DNA from: Torpedo marmorata
Lineage: Eukaryota
NCBI GenBank assembly: GCA_977017645.1
Contig: OZ360250.1
Span: 32,922,001-32,986,000, forward strand
DNA: 64,000 nt
Direction of reading: 5' to 3'
Each line of letters starts with the position of its first letter. Position 1 is the stretch's first letter. The position numbers and the translations under genes are program-made. Below are positions 36,699-50,175 of the stretch, one piece after another. The notes under the pieces were generated by a model. That model made no database searches. It saw nothing but the letters and a program-made list of their open reading frames with translations, and was not told the origin of the DNA.

Positions 36699-37392
36699 CT
36701 ATAAAACCCCTGGTATCTGGAGTTCAAGCAAACGGCAGCCTGAAGCAAACAGCAAAAAAAAATCGAGGAAAATAAAAATAAATAAATAAATAAATAAATA
36801 GGAATAAAATAATAGGTAAAAATACGTAAGTTTAAAATTGTAAAAGTAAATGTTCTCTGAAGTAACACATAATCCTTTGGTGAAGATGGATGCAAATATT
36901 CAGCCAGCGGAGTGCCTTGGTCGTGCTTTGCTCGTAGCAGCTGTTTGAATAAAGTTGTGTGAAACAGTAATGGCGTCGCCCAGGACGAAGAGCTGGTTGA
37001 TGCCGCTCGCCGTTGTGGTGACTCTCTTAAAGTGTCTCCTTATCCCTGCTTAGTAAGAGTCGCCCCAGTCAGAGGCTTTATCATTAAACTTGGGATGGGG
37101 TTAATTATCTATAATGTTATTGTTCGTCTTTCGGGCGGCTCCGTGGAGGGGGAGGAACCTGCAGATGCAGCAACCGTTAAATGTTTTTAAAGAATGTGAC
37201 TGAAAATAAAATAAAATGCTTTAAGGTTTATATATTCATGCAAGTGAAGTTTGTTCAGTGTAAGTACAGTATAGTATTTTTGTCTTTTAAGCTGTTTATT
37301 CTTAATGTAAGAGCAAGTCTCAAGCAACCGGAAAATACACTTATCTGGCATCTACCAATTCCCATAGATGCCAGATACCAGGGGTTTTACTG
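36699..37392. mobile_element. TcMar-type MITE, long member of the CAGTAAAACCCC family
   Basis: TIR CTATAAAACCCCTGGTATCTGG / CCAGATACCAGGGGTTTTACTG; TA flanks. Confidence 0.82.
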
Positions 37393-37820
37393 TAATAAAT
37401 ACTTTCGGTTACATGGGACTCAAAATTATACTGGGAGATAATAATTGTCTGCTTAAAAATATTTTGCTCACTCTATTAAAGCTGTTAACATTTACAATAA
37501 ATATTTTATAGCTTTGGGTAAAATAATTATAAAGAATTTCAGTTGATACATATCACAAGACTGCAGATCCTAGAACTCTGAAACACAAATGCTATGTATG
37601 TTTAAATGGCCAGGCAACATCTGTGGAGAGAAAAACAGTTATTTTTTTAAAGGTTGAGAACTGGGAAAGAGAGAAAGCAAGCTAGTTTTGATGCATTGAG
37701 GGTGGGGGAGGAGGATAGGGCAAATGGAATATCTCTGATAGGACGAGGGCAGGATGGCCATGATACTGAGCTGTTCAATTCCAGGAAATATTCAGCAGGT
37801 CAGGCAAGAGCCAGAGACAA

Positions 37821-38418
37821 GGCCCTTTTATGGTGCAAAAAAAAAGCGATTGTAAAGACAGAACATTTCTGTCTTTAAGTCGCTTCACTTACCTCCATAA
37901 AAAGTCCGATAGCGGATTGGCCAGTCGAACTCCGATCCGCCCAGGGGGGTACACACAGAGGTGGAGTGAATCGCTCCACCTCCTCCATAAAACGAATGCC
38001 GCTGAAAGCGGCTGCAAAGGGGAGGGCTGATGATGTCGCGATGACGCCGTCAGCCCGCGACCCAGGAGTGCGAATTTAAAAAAACCCGTAGAGCTAATTA
38101 CGCTGCACAGGAGATCTGCCTGAGTCGTAAGACTGCCTGCACAGATCTCCACCAGCGCTCTTACCTGCTCTTTGGTCGCCATTTTCGGGTATAGGCCGCT
38201 TTCCCTTCTCGGCGCGTAAGTTTGACGTTATGGTGGCGGACGGCGCTACTGCACCACTCGCCCCGCCTCTCTCAGATCGGGAAGCCGGCTCCCGAAGTAG
38301 CTCAGCATAAAGGCAACGCTGGAAACGCCATACAGGTCATCACCATAAAAAGTAATTTCACCTTTTAATTTTTTTCCTTGAGCCGGCTTTAATGTGGGGT
38401 TGCACCATAAAAAGGTTT
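37821..38418. mobile_element. Harbinger-like MITE
   Basis: TIR CCTTTTTATGGTGCA / TGCACCATAAAAAGG; homologous to the 28186 copy. Confidence 0.75.
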
Positions 38419-38683
38419 AAAGAGAGAAACAGAGTTAAAGTTTCAGGTTGAAGACTCTTCAATAGTTAACTTTTATGGACACTACTGTACGTGCAGGAAA
38501 ATTATTCCATATGTTTTCCTGCAACAATTGTCAGGTAGAGAACATATGTCTTCACTTTGGAGTTCGATCTTGACACCTTTTGGGAACTTGTAATAGGACG
38601 TTTAGGGAGATTCACATTCCTTCTGTGAAGGACAATGAAATTTTTTAAGAGGAGGAGTGTGAGGAGAATCAATCACTTATTAA

Positions 38684-38925
38684 GGCGGCACGATTAGCGT
38701 AGTGGTTAGCGTAACGCTGTTACCGCGCCAGCGACCTGGGTTCGGATCCGGCGCTGTCAGTAAGGAGTTTGTACGTTCTCCCCGTGTCTGTGTGGGTTTC
38801 CTCTGGGTGCTCCAGTTTCCTCCCACTCTTCAAAATGTACGGGGGTTGTAGGTCAATTGGGTGTAATTAGGCGGCATGGGCTCGTGGACCGGAAGGGCCT
38901 GTTACCGTGATGTATGTCTAAAATT
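38684..38925 (+). mobile_element. V-SINE-like element
   Basis: A/B boxes and family core. Confidence 0.87.
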
Positions 38926-39411
38926 AAATGCATAAATTTATAAAAATTAATTCTCTGCTAGCGCATGTACAATAGGAACAATCATTATTTTCTATCAGAA
39001 CTTGAATCCACAAGGCACCTGGTAAACCTTTCAGTCTTAAATAATACAAGAGCAATATACTGCATGTAACATATATCTTATGTAATAGTGGTTGTGAACA
39101 GCTGCCACCGTTTTAAAACTGTACCACTTTAAGATTGTATCATGTAATTAACCACTTTCAGTGTTGTTCCAACAGTGTTCAGTACGGACAGAAACAAAGT
39201 CTTCTTAGGTTTTTAGTGAGAGTCACAGTAACAAATACTGTCCTGATATTGTATTATTTTCTTGCTGATGGTTCTAATAACCAACTATTTTCTGGTGTTT
39301 TGGAGAGAGATATCGAGACACTGCAAATGCTGGAGACTGAAAATAAAAACAGAATATGCTTGAAATACTCAACAGGTTAGCTAGCATCAAGTCAATGAAC
39401 TTTCATCAGAA

Positions 39412-39675
39412 GTAAAACACGAAAGTCTGCAGACACCGTGGTTGAATTAAAAACACAATGCTGGAGAAACTCAGCAGGTCAAACAGTGTACTTTATATAG
39501 CAAAGATAAAGGTACATAACTAACGTCTCGGGCTTGAGCCATTCATCAAGGTATGAAAAAATGTCGGCAGCATTTTGTTCGGGTGCCTGCCTACATTTTG
39601 CTCATACCTTGATGAAGGGCTCAAGCCCGAAACACTGGTTACGTATCTTTATCTTTGCTATACTGTTTGACCTGA
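39412..39675. mobile_element. pLTR-only Penelope palindrome
   Basis: Minus pLTR then plus pLTR; 15-bp TSD GAACTTTCATCAGAA. Confidence 0.8.
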
Positions 39676-40232
39676 GAACTTTCATCAGAACTTTCCAAGC
39701 TCTGCCATGTAGTAGTTTAATTCTGACAAGGATCTTCGATTCCCTTTCTCCTAACGTTGATACATTTTTATTTCCATATAAGATTTAAATCCCAGCTTTG
39801 AATTCCTGAATGGGAAATTGTAGAGTGATATAGAGTGAGAGATGGAGGAAATTCAGCCCTTTATGTTTGTATTCTGACAAAGCTTTCAATTTATTCTGTT
39901 GACGCTCCTGGCATGAAGATTTTCTGGATGTCTTAAATGATATGATGACCATTGTTCACTTGAGCCATTGACAATAACAGTTGCCAATTACTACACTACA
40001 TCAATATTGTGTCATCAGGTCTTTAATTGCCTCAGCCCTTGTAGGTTTAATTTCAATTCAGGACTTGAACATGCATTTGGGTTTTAACACAACAGCAGTA
40101 CTGAAGGACTGTTACTTTGTTGGAGGTTCTGACTTTTGCCTCAAATGTAAAACCATTCAATAAAGAATTGTTTATTTCCTCTAGGGTAAGGCCAACAATA
40201 CTCTTCCAATTAACAGGAGCAAAAATGTGTTA

Positions 40233-41100
40233 GGCACAGTTAGCATAGCGGTTAGCGCAACGCTGTTACAGCGCCAGCGACCGGGGTTTGAATCCCGCGC
40301 TGTCTGTATGGAGTTTGTACGTTCTCCCCGTATCTGAGTGGGTTTCCTCTGGGTGCTCTGGTTTCCTCCCACCTTTCAAAAATGTACCGGGGTTGTAGGT
40401 CAATGAGGCGTAATTGGGCGGCATGGGCTCGTGGGCCGTAAGGGCCTGTTACCGTGATGAGTTCCTCCAGCATTTTGGTGTGTTTTTAGCACCTCGGCTC
40501 TGTTAGCCGCAATAGCGTGGATCGCCCAGTGGCCACCCATTTTAATTCCCCTTTCCATTCCCTTGCTGATATGTCTGTCCATGGTCTCATGCACTGCCAG
40601 ACTGAGACCACCCACAAATTGGAGGAACAACACCTCATCTTCCAACTGGGCACCCTCCAACCAGATGGCGTCAATATATTAATATTGACTTCTCTGGCTT
40701 TCGTTAAACCCCCCCCACCTCCCCACCCCTTACTTCTTCCCCTGTTGCCTTCCCCCAGCTCTATCTCTCTCCCTTTTCGCTGTCTCCTTTCACACAGACA
40801 TAATCAATTCTCACCTCTCCCCTTATCATATCCAATTAACACCTTTTGTTGGTCTACACTCCTCCCCCAGCCAGCACTGTCTGTATTCTGAGATTTCCTG
40901 TTTTTTGCTCATTCTGCTTATTCTTTGCTTATACCTTGAAGAAGGGCTCAGGCCCGAAACGTCGGCAACATATCTTTGTCTCCTATGGACGCTGAAAGAC
41001 CGGCCGTGTTCCTCCAACTTTTCGGTGTGTTTTTACTACAATCACAGCGTCTGCAAACTTTCGTGTTTCACCGTGCTGTATGTCTAAATTTAAATTTAAA
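40233..41100 (+). mobile_element. V-SINE split by a Penelope insertion
   Basis: SINE 40233-40456 resumes at 41070. Confidence 0.85.
40457..41069 (+). mobile_element. Penelope 3' fragment
   Basis: PVATHFN...LEEQHLIFQLGTLQPDG; TSD ACCGTG. Confidence 0.87.
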
Positions 41101-41233
41101 AAAAATTAAATTAAAAATCATTCATTATTAAAACCACAAAAGGTTTGGATATACCACACAGTTGGAATGGCATTTCACTCCTGGGCAAGGGCAAAACCAG
41201 AGGGCATCAATGAAAGAAATCCACCAAAGAAAT

Positions 41234-41455
41234 CGTTAGCGCAACATTTTTACAGCGCCAGCAACCCGGGTTCGAATCCGGCGCTGTCTGTAAGGAGTTT
41301 GCACGTTCTCCCCATGACAGCGTGAGTTTCCTCTGCGTGCTCCGGTTTCCTCCCACCTTCCAAAACATACGGGGTTTGTTGGTTAATTGGTGTAATTGGG
41401 CAGCACGGGCTTGTGGGCTGGCAGGGCCTGTTATCGTGCTGTATTTCTAAATTTA
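41234..41455 (+). mobile_element. V-SINE-like element
   Basis: B box GGTTCGAATCC and core. Confidence 0.83.
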
Positions 41456-42419
41456 AAAAAAAGAATTCAGGTAAATGTGGAAACTATTACCAAAGGGTGT
41501 AGCTTGAGGGAAATAATATAGGTGCATTTAAGGGAAAGCTACAGAAAGAGATGAGAGAGAACAGGATCAGAAAAGTTTGATGATGGAGTTAGTGGAGGAA
41601 AGACAAGAGGAGGCGTTGGAGGACAACAAATGCCAGCATGTATTTGTGGGCCGAATGTCATATTTCTGTGGTGTAATTATGTCTAATCACATTGGTCATT
41701 ACAAAAATCATTCAAAACATAGAAATGCTGGAGGAACTCAGCCGGTCTCGCAGTGTCCATAGGAGGTAAAGATATATTACCTTCCTCAAGGTACAAAAAT
41801 CATTCTTCTTTTACTTCCCATAGCCCAGTGGCACTGAAAATATAATATGGAGTTACATAAATACTAGTCCTTTCTTTCTAATTCCTACTCAAATTGCTCT
41901 CAGTTATTACTTTGAGAGCTGTGGAACCTGGTTCTAACTTTACCACTTCTCAGACCTGCTTCGTGTTTACAAATCATTCTCTGCTCGATTAGTTCCATCT
42001 GTTGACTGCCCTCTGCTCCAGCCATGCCGATAATGTCAATATTGTAGCTGGCTAATTCCAATGGTTTAATCATAATGCTTCTTCCATTAGTATAAAAGCA
42101 TTTTGGCTTATCATTCAGCCCTGATGGATGCTTGCTTAAACCTTTTATTTTATTTATTTCTATTTACCTTGAACATTATTACTTCCTCCTTCCTCTCAGA
42201 TAGCCATGCCCACTTGCTTATCTATGTTCAATACAGATTTTTTTGTTTAGCTCTTATCATTTTAGTTGAACTCCAGTTCCCTCAGGTTCTGACCCAATTT
42301 CCCAGCCAATCCTCAATGTCTGGTTCCATACGAAGTATCCTTTCTGCACAACTTTGCATTATTTTTCTTTCATAATTAAGCCAGATTGCTAGTGTCATCA
42401 CCAAGACCTGTATTACTGA

Positions 42420-42895
42420 GAAAATAGAACCTAGAACAGTACAGCAGAGTTTAGACCCTTCAGCCCACAATGTTTAGGTCGACCATCATCAATCTATCCA
42501 TTTCCAACCTCACAGCCCGTCAGGCTCTATTTTATTTTTGGCATCCATGTGCCTATCTAAGTCTTTTAAATGTCCCTATTGGATCGGCCTCCACCACCAC
42601 CTCCGGCAATGCATTCAGGCACCCACTGCTCTCTATGTAAAAAAAAAACATGCCTCTGACGACTCCTCTAAACTTTCCTCCACTCACCTTAAACAGATCT
42701 CCTCTGATAATGGCCATTGCCGCCCTGGGAAAAAGTTGCGAACTGTCCCCCCCCCCATATCAACATCTCTCATAATATTTTATACTTCTATTCAGTCGCC
42801 TCTCATCCTCCATTGCTCCAAAGAGAAAAGTCCTAACTTGGTCAACCTTTCTTCATAAGACATTTTCCCCAATCTAGGCAACATCTTGGTAAATA
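42420..42895 (-). mobile_element. Decayed CR1 3' fragment
   Basis: CR1 3' motifs (GCATTCAGGCACCCAC, CCTCTCATCCTCC) and (AGAAC) tail. Confidence 0.65.
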
Positions 42896-43044
42896 GAATA
42901 TAACAAGCACGAAGTAGGAGCATTAGAGGTCCATGTGTCGCATCGAGCCTGCACCGCCATTCAATAAGATCATTTGACCATCCTTAATTCCCCAAAATGC
43001 AACAGCTAGTGAACCACCTTCTTGTACTGCAGTTCATGTGTACG

Positions 43045-43850
43045 GAGGGGTGCAGAGCTGCCAGAGCTTACCGGAGCGCCACTCCGGCACCTCATGGGGC
43101 CCCCCCCACCACCCGCTGAGCGCTATTCTGGACTTACAAGGAACCTGTTTCTTCCACGACCGGTCGTCCTCCTTCCTCGTCCTACCGTTCGCTCTCAATT
43201 ATACAATGGCAAATACAACATGGCGGCCACCAAGGCCAGGTCTTGCGAGACCTCCTTTTTTAAAAAATATTTTATTTAAAATTTTAAATCACAAAATACA
43301 TAAAATAAAATATAAAATTGTCAAAAATACTTATGATACATTTTCACCCCCCCTCCCACCCTCCCCTCCCCAACCCTCCCAACCCCACTAATCTAATAAA
43401 ATATAAAAAGAAAGAAATAAGAAGAAAAAGATAAGATAAGGAGAATGTCAATCTAATAAATACATCTATAAACTAATTCTATTATGGAGGTTAGGTAGCC
43501 AGTAGATCCAATGTCCAGAGATCTTCAAATCCTTAAGCCAACAGCTTTCATATAAGGGCTCCATATTTTTAAAAAGAAATGATATTTATTCCGTAAGTTA
43601 TAAGTAATTTTTTAAGTGGTATACACGAACGAAGTTCTGCATGCCATCTTTCTAACCCTAAATCAACATCAGATTTCCAAGTAATAGCAATGCATTTCTT
43701 TGAAACAGCTAAAGCAATTCGCAAAAATTCTATTTGATACATATTTAATTTCATCTTAATACCAAATTTTTTAATATCTCCACTCGCGAGACCTCCTTGT
43801 CGCTGTTTTTGGTGAGCTCCGGCACCTAAAAAATTAGCACTGCACCCCTG
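43045..43850. mobile_element. TIR element (possibly hAT) containing an L1 insertion
   Basis: Ends AGGGGTGCAGAGCT / AGCACTGCACCCCT; no clear TSD. Confidence 0.55.
43258..43785 (-). mobile_element. L1/Tx1-like 3' fragment
   Basis: IALAVSKKCIAITWKSD...RWHAELRSCIPL; 13-bp TSD GCGAGACCTCCTT. Confidence 0.85.
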
Positions 43851-44351
43851 ACGAACATCCCCCACATTGCAGCTCAGCATGGACAGAGAGTTAAGGATTT
43901 TCATCCCGGGATGATGAAGCAAAAGGAATAGAATTCCAAGTCAGGGTATTGTGTGACTTGGAAGAGAACCTACAAATAACTCCAAATATTTGGCCCCTGA
44001 AGTTGGCTGTTGGGTGCAGGTTTCATCGTGATTAGATATTGTGAAATACGAGAGTTGTGTACAGCAATGCAGCTTCTCCAGGGAAAACATAATGTGTTTT
44101 GTTAGTTCAAGAAAATACAAACCACAATTCTATTAAAAGGGTTATCAATTTCTGATCTTCAGCACTGAATTGGCTAAGTCTAAAGATCGTGTTGGAAAAC
44201 AAAGTGATGGTTAGTTCCTATTGAATAATCAGGGACCATGTGGTATGGCTTCAGATACAAGCTAAAAGTTTCTTAATTATGCATATATACAAGTCAGTTG
44301 ATGCAGCTTTTTCACACCATGATTCTTTTACAGTTATGTTCTTGACTGACT

Positions 44352-45405
44352 AGAAGATTCAAAATTCTTTTATTGTCATGTAATAAAACAGAAAATGTAT
44401 TATTGCACGAAATTCCCTTTAGTTTGCCGTAAGGTAGACAAAGGGCCATCATTAGTATTGCCCGGCGCTCCTCACAGTAAGAGAAAGAGAAGCAAAAGAG
44501 AGTCCCTTCAGAGTCACTGAGTGTCTGTGAATTCGCCTCCAGCGTTCCCGCAGCCTCTGCAGCCACACAGACCCCTGTTCTATCCGTTGGCAACCCGAGC
44601 TCCAGATCCAACCTCCAACAAGATCAGGAAGCCTTTAGCTCCCGAGGCCCTTCGGGAGCCCTTCTCGCCCTCAGGACCCTCTCGAATCCCGGTTCTAATA
44701 CCTGGTTCCAGGAGCCTGTCTCCAGTAGCCCGCAGCCTGTGTGGGTCCTTCGACCGCTGAGCCCCTTGCTGGTCCGCCGCCGTGGTCACTGTCCTGTAGG
44801 ATCGTCTCGTCTGCTTCTCCTTCTCAATGGGGGGGTGTTCTCCCCATTTCTCGTGCCCTGCGCCGGTCCGCTACTCCCCCAGAATCTGCAACCCCTTGAG
44901 GCTGCTGCAGGTTCGGCGCCAGAACGAGTGTTAGAGGGGGGCATTAGGGTAACCGGGGGGACACAGTCCGACAGTCGTAAACTCGCTCAGCGGGGGGGGG
45001 GGGGGGTGTTGGTGGATTACTTGCCGAACGGACGTAAACCAGGAGGACTGGTGGCCTACCATCAGAACGGACGTAAACCTCCTCCTCCATCCCCTCCGAC
45101 GGTAGCGGCCGAAAGTGCTGCTTTTAATGCGTCGAGAGTCACTAGCGTGCGCTACTGACGGGGGCGGGTGGAGAGTCACTAGCGTGCGTCAAGCTAGACG
45201 CTAGTGATGCTTGATGCACGCTGCTGACGCGGGCGGGGGCGGGTCTGACGGCAAGCGATGGGGGGCACAGCACCTCGCTTGGGGGGGCAATGCCCGCGAA
45301 TGCCCCCCCTTGGCGCCGACCCTGGGCTGCTGCCAGCACAGGCGCTGCCATCTTGGGCACAGATCCCGCGGCTGCAGGATTTTAAGTAAAAACAAAACTT
45401 GCTGT
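44352..45405 (-). mobile_element. GC-rich non-coding retroposon split by a hAT MITE
   Basis: Homologous to the 19143 copy. Confidence 0.78.
44908..45324. mobile_element. hAT MITE (palindrome-rich family)
   Basis: 8-bp TSD GGCTGCTG. Confidence 0.88.
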
Positions 45406-45741
45406 GTTTTTGACCTTCCTAGTCATCTATTTACATGGAAATTTGAAAATTGCTCCACTCCCTAAAAAATGTCACTTGCCCTTCCTTGCAATATCCCTGC
45501 AATGTGTGAGTAAGCAGTTATCCGAGCTGAGTACAATAGATGTGTTAGATTTGCCTTTGAAACATGCATATACATTTGTTTTCTTCTACGATGTTGATTT
45601 TTCGTTGAATTCAGTTTTTATTTGTTTTATATCTACTGTGTTACGTGTTTTTCTGAACTGGTGCAAAGCTGAGCAACATTTTCTCTCATTAACTTAATTT
45701 GACACAGCACATCAGCAGAACTATGTCATTATGATTAAATC

Positions 45742-46960
45742 AGGGGCTTAGCTTCTGAGGAGAGGTTGTGTAGACCAGAGGTTCTCAAACTTTTTCTTTC
45801 CACTCACATACCACCTTAAGTAATCCCTATGCCATAGGTGCTCTGTGATTATTAAGGGATTACTTAAGGTGGTATGTGAGTGGAAAGAAAAAGTTTGAAA
45901 ACCACTGTTTTAATCATACCTAATTGACTCGTTATGTGCACGGATCCAAAGGTATCAGAATCAGAATTTATTGTCATGAACAAGTCATGAAATTCAGAAA
46001 TGGGCCAATGACCATTTTTCTCAAGCAAAATATTTCAGTAACAATTGGGTCTAGAGCAGTGGTTCTCAACCTTTTTTTCCCACTCACATACCAACTTAAG
46101 CAATCCCTTACCAATCACAGAGCACTTATGGCATAGGGATTACATAAAGTGGTATGTGAGTGGAAAGTAAAGTTTGAAAACCACTGCGTTAAGTAATCCC
46201 TTACTAACCACAGAGCACCTATGGCATAGGTTACTAAGGGATTACTTAAGGTGGTATGTGAATGGAAAGAAAAAGGTTGAGAACCACTGGACTGTAGACT
46301 AATATACTCATTGGAGTTTAGAAGGATGAGATGGGATCTTACAGAAACTTAGAATTATGAAAGGAACAGGTGAGATAGAATCAGGGAAGTTGTTTCCACT
46401 AACAGGTGAGACTAGAACTAGGGGACATAGCCTCAAGATACATGGGAGTAGATTTAAGGGGCGGCACAGTTAGCATAGCGGTTAGTGCAACGCTTTTACA
46501 GCGTCAGCGATTGGGACCGGGGTTCGAATCCCACACTGTCTGTAAGGAGTTTGTACATTCTCCCCGTGTCTGCGTGGGTTTTCACCGGGGGCTCCGGTTT
46601 CCTCCACCGTTCGAAACGTACTGGGGGTTGTAGATTAATTGGGTGTAACTGGGCGGCACGGGCTCGTGGGCCGAAATGGTCTGTTACCGTACTGTATGTC
46701 TAAATAAAGTTGAGGAGGAACAGCTTCTTTCAGAGTTGTGAATCTGTGGAATTCTCTGCCCAAGGAAGCAGTAGAGGCTGCCTCATTAAAAGTACAAGCC
46801 ACAGATAGATTTTTGAATAGTAGGGGAATTAAGGGGCACGAGGAACAGGCAGGGAAATGGAACTTAAGTTCACGGCCATATCTACCGTGATCTTATTAAA
46901 TGGTGAAGGAGACTTGATGGACCAGATGGTCCACTCCTGCACCTATTGCTTATGTTCTTA
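45742..46960 (+). mobile_element. CR1 3' fragment hosting a composite MITE and a V-SINE (46459-46705)
   Basis: CR1 pieces at 45742-45775, 46295-46458 and 46710-46960. Confidence 0.72.
45776..46289. mobile_element. Composite hAT-Charlie-like MITE, reversed, with a third partial unit
   Basis: Same units and spacer as 34094 in reverse; Rex tail fragment within the spacer. Confidence 0.82.
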
Positions 46961-47069
46961 TGTTATTGTGGAAACTGATCTTTGCCCGAAAATGCATGCA
47001 CAGTACTACAATGCCATAAGACATGCGCTTATGGCATGGCAACCCACAATAAGGTATCAGTTTCCATCA

Positions 47070-47822
47070 CATTCAAGATTCAAGATTCAAGATTCAATTT
47101 ATTGTCACAGCAATACGACAGTGTCATATACCACGAAATTTCTTTTTGCCTGCTCCAAGGCAGACAGATTCGCCATCGGCAGAAACTGCCTAGGCGCCTC
47201 TAACATTCCTTACAGTCAGAGAAAGAGAAGCAAAAGAGAGTCCCCCCAGAGTCATCAAGTGTCCATAGATTCGCCTCCAGCGCTTCCGCAGCCACACAGA
47301 GTCCAGTCCAAACGATCGGCATCCCGAGCTCCAGATCCGAACCTCCAACACGGTCAGGTCGCCCTCGGCACCCCCTCACATCCCGGTTCCGATACCTGGT
47401 ACTCCTCCAGCCAGTTCGAGCCAACCTCCAGCAGTCCGCAGCCCGTCGTGAGTCCCCCGACAGCAGTCTCCAGCAGCCCACAGCCTCCGCGGGTTCCTCG
47501 CCTCTAGTCGCCAGCAGCCCGCCGCATGCACTGGTCCTTCAGCCTCAGAGCCCCTCACTGGTCCGCCGCCCTGGTCACCGTCCCGTGGGTCGTCTCCTCC
47601 GCTTCTCCTTCTCAGACGGGGGGTGATCTTCCCGTCCACTGGTGCCCTGCTCCAGTCCCCCGCTTCCCCGGAGTCTGCAGCCCCTCGTGGCTGCTGCCGG
47701 TTAATAGGCGCTGCCATCTTGGGCGCAGACCCCGCGGTCGCGGGATCTTAAATAAAACCACCGTCGGCTCCTTTAACGGGCCGTTCAAAGCCCGTGCGGA
47801 ACCGACGGCAGTCGACTGGGCG
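47070..47822 (-). mobile_element. GC-rich non-coding retroposon
   Basis: (ATTCAAG)n tail at 47070; homologous to the 62198 copy. Confidence 0.85.
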
Positions 47823-48141
47823 GTAGATATACCTCATTATATCCCCCTTTAAAAAGAAATTGTACAGTCAAATATGTTTACTTTGGGGGCTTAATTGATA
47901 AGTCAGAACAGATCAATTGTAAACTTGTGTTGAGTTGCATTAAAAATATAAACCTGTAAATTGGCTTGTTTTCTATAACTTGTACACCATGTGGTAGCTC
48001 AGACACATTGCAGGTTTCCTGTTGCCTGGATATTTTTTAATGTCATGGTATTCTTTGCTCTGTATCTTCACTTTACTCTGCACCTTCCAATAGATTGTGT
48101 CCTTGATCCACAACAGTTAAATCCAGGTTAACTCCAGTCTT

Positions 48142-48586
48142 TTTTTTTTAAAAATATATTATTTAAAATTTTAAATCACACAATACACTGAATAAAATGC
48201 AAAATTATCAAAATACATGTGATATATTTTCTCCCCCCCAGCCTCCCTCCCCACCCTAACCCTCCCACCCCTACTAATCTATAAAATAAAAAGAAAGAAA
48301 GAAAAAGATAGAATAAGGAGAATGTCAATCTACAAAAAAGAACAACTATAGACTAATTTTATTGTGGAAAATAGATTCACCAGTCGGATCTGGTATCCAG
48401 AGATCTTCAAATCCTTAAACCAACCTCTTTTATATATGGGCTCCATATTTTCAAAAAGAAATGATATTTATTACGTAAATTATAAGTAATTTTTTCAAGT
48501 GGTATAGCTGAACGAAGTTCTGCATGCCACCTTTCTAACCCTAAATCTACATCAGATTTCCAAGTAATAGCAATACATTTCTTAGC
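48142..48586 (-). mobile_element. L1/Tx1-like 3' fragment
   Basis: Same family as 43258; 12-bp TSD AACTCCAGTCTT. Confidence 0.85.
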
Positions 48587-48904
48587 AACTCCAGTCTTGT
48601 AAAATATCCCTTCACACTCATTGCATATTCATTTTACTCCATTGCTCTTCTGGCCATCACTTTGAAACTCCCTCTACTCTGATCACAGCCTTACACACTC
48701 TCATTCTCATGCTGCCCTCTGTGTACATCATTTCTGAGACACTCCCATTCTTGTGATCCTTCTCTCCACTTTTGCTTCCTTGGAGCTTTGACACAGAAAT
48801 TATCCCTGGTTCCTTTCTGGAGATGTGTCCTTTACATTTCACCTTTGCTTCAACTCCTCGAAGCCGATTCTGTTTAAAAAAAAATTAATTTAACTGTATT
48901 CTTA

Positions 48905-49133
48905 AAAAATGTAGACGTACATCATGGTAACAAGGCCTTCTGGCCCAAGAGCTCATGCTGCCCAAATACCCCAATTATCCTACAACCCCTGTACGTGTGG
49001 AGGAAACCAGAGCACCCGAAGGAAGCCCATGCAGACACGGGGAGAACGTACAAACTCCTTACAGACAGCGCGGGATTCGAACCCTGGTCAGTGGTGCTGT
49101 AATTGGATTGCACTAACCACTATGCTAACCATG
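48905..49133 (-). mobile_element. V-SINE-like element
   Basis: Family core. Confidence 0.82.
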
Positions 49134-50175
49134 CTTTACTGATGATGTCTGCTCAATCAGCCTCCATCTCATTGAACCAATTTGATGTTTGTTTTTTGTG
49201 TCCCAATAACATTATGCATTCTTCTCTCAGTCTACGTCCATCTGTAACTGGCTGACACCTATCAAAATCTTCAAAATGAACAAACATCTGGGCAAGGACA
49301 CACACTTCCACAATGGTTCTGCAGGTTGTCAGTCATTGCTTGCTCAGGCTCAGTGTGTATTGGTTCATGCTTTATGCACATCCTTTAGCCTTTCCACATC
49401 GCAACTAGACCTCAGATCATTTGTTGTAGCTTCCCTTAATCATTTCGGCTCAATGTATCTCACTGGCTTTGTTTCTGTCTCCTTAAAGCTCAACCAACTC
49501 CAAGGGGCATCTTTCTGAAAGGTTTTGGAGATCTCTGAATCTTTCCACTTGGTCCACATTCTTCACACGCATTGGTAAGCCTCGATCATTCACTTCCACT
49601 TTCCCTTGAAATCTCACTGCTTTAACCGGCATCCCTATCTCTCTGTAGCTGCATATCCGAAACAACTGAGCCAATTCTATTGTAAGCTCTGCAATAGCTA
49701 GCCCATCGCTTGCTCTGCCTCTGTCTACCTCTGTGGTGCTTTCCACGGAACCTGTGCTGTGGTGCACCTTTCTTTGGTTACATCTGTTCCTGGTTCTGAC
49801 CCATGCACGTAATGCTGACTCCCCAGGACACTTCCTCTCTCCACTTGTACCACTGGCTCACTTGTATGTCTGTCTCCTCCTTCACGTACACTGTGCTGAA
49901 TGGAAGACGATGCCAGTGATGATGGTGGGAAAGACCTCTGGATGCAACCTGGCACAACTTCAATCCCTGATGCATCTCTTTCCTCCCAGTTATCGCAATA
50001 CTTCTCCAGAGTATGTGCGTTACAGGACATTCCTTTCATGAACAGGACTTGTGCCTGTGAGCATCTCAGCCCATTACTGAGTGCTCTGTTGCAGTATCCA
50101 TACTCTTTACCATGTCCTGACCATTTAGTTTAACTGCACTCGTCCTTTCCCAAGACATATATGCATATTGGCATA

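Noticed and set aside
46857-47507. Ser/Pro-rich ORFs (also 33284-33826 and 62391-63083)
   Set aside because: Antisense frames of the GC-rich retroposon; no recognisable domain; ends differ between copies
48600-49700. Ancient L2 LINE remnant
   Set aside because: Only faint motif resemblance; too decayed to delimit by eye
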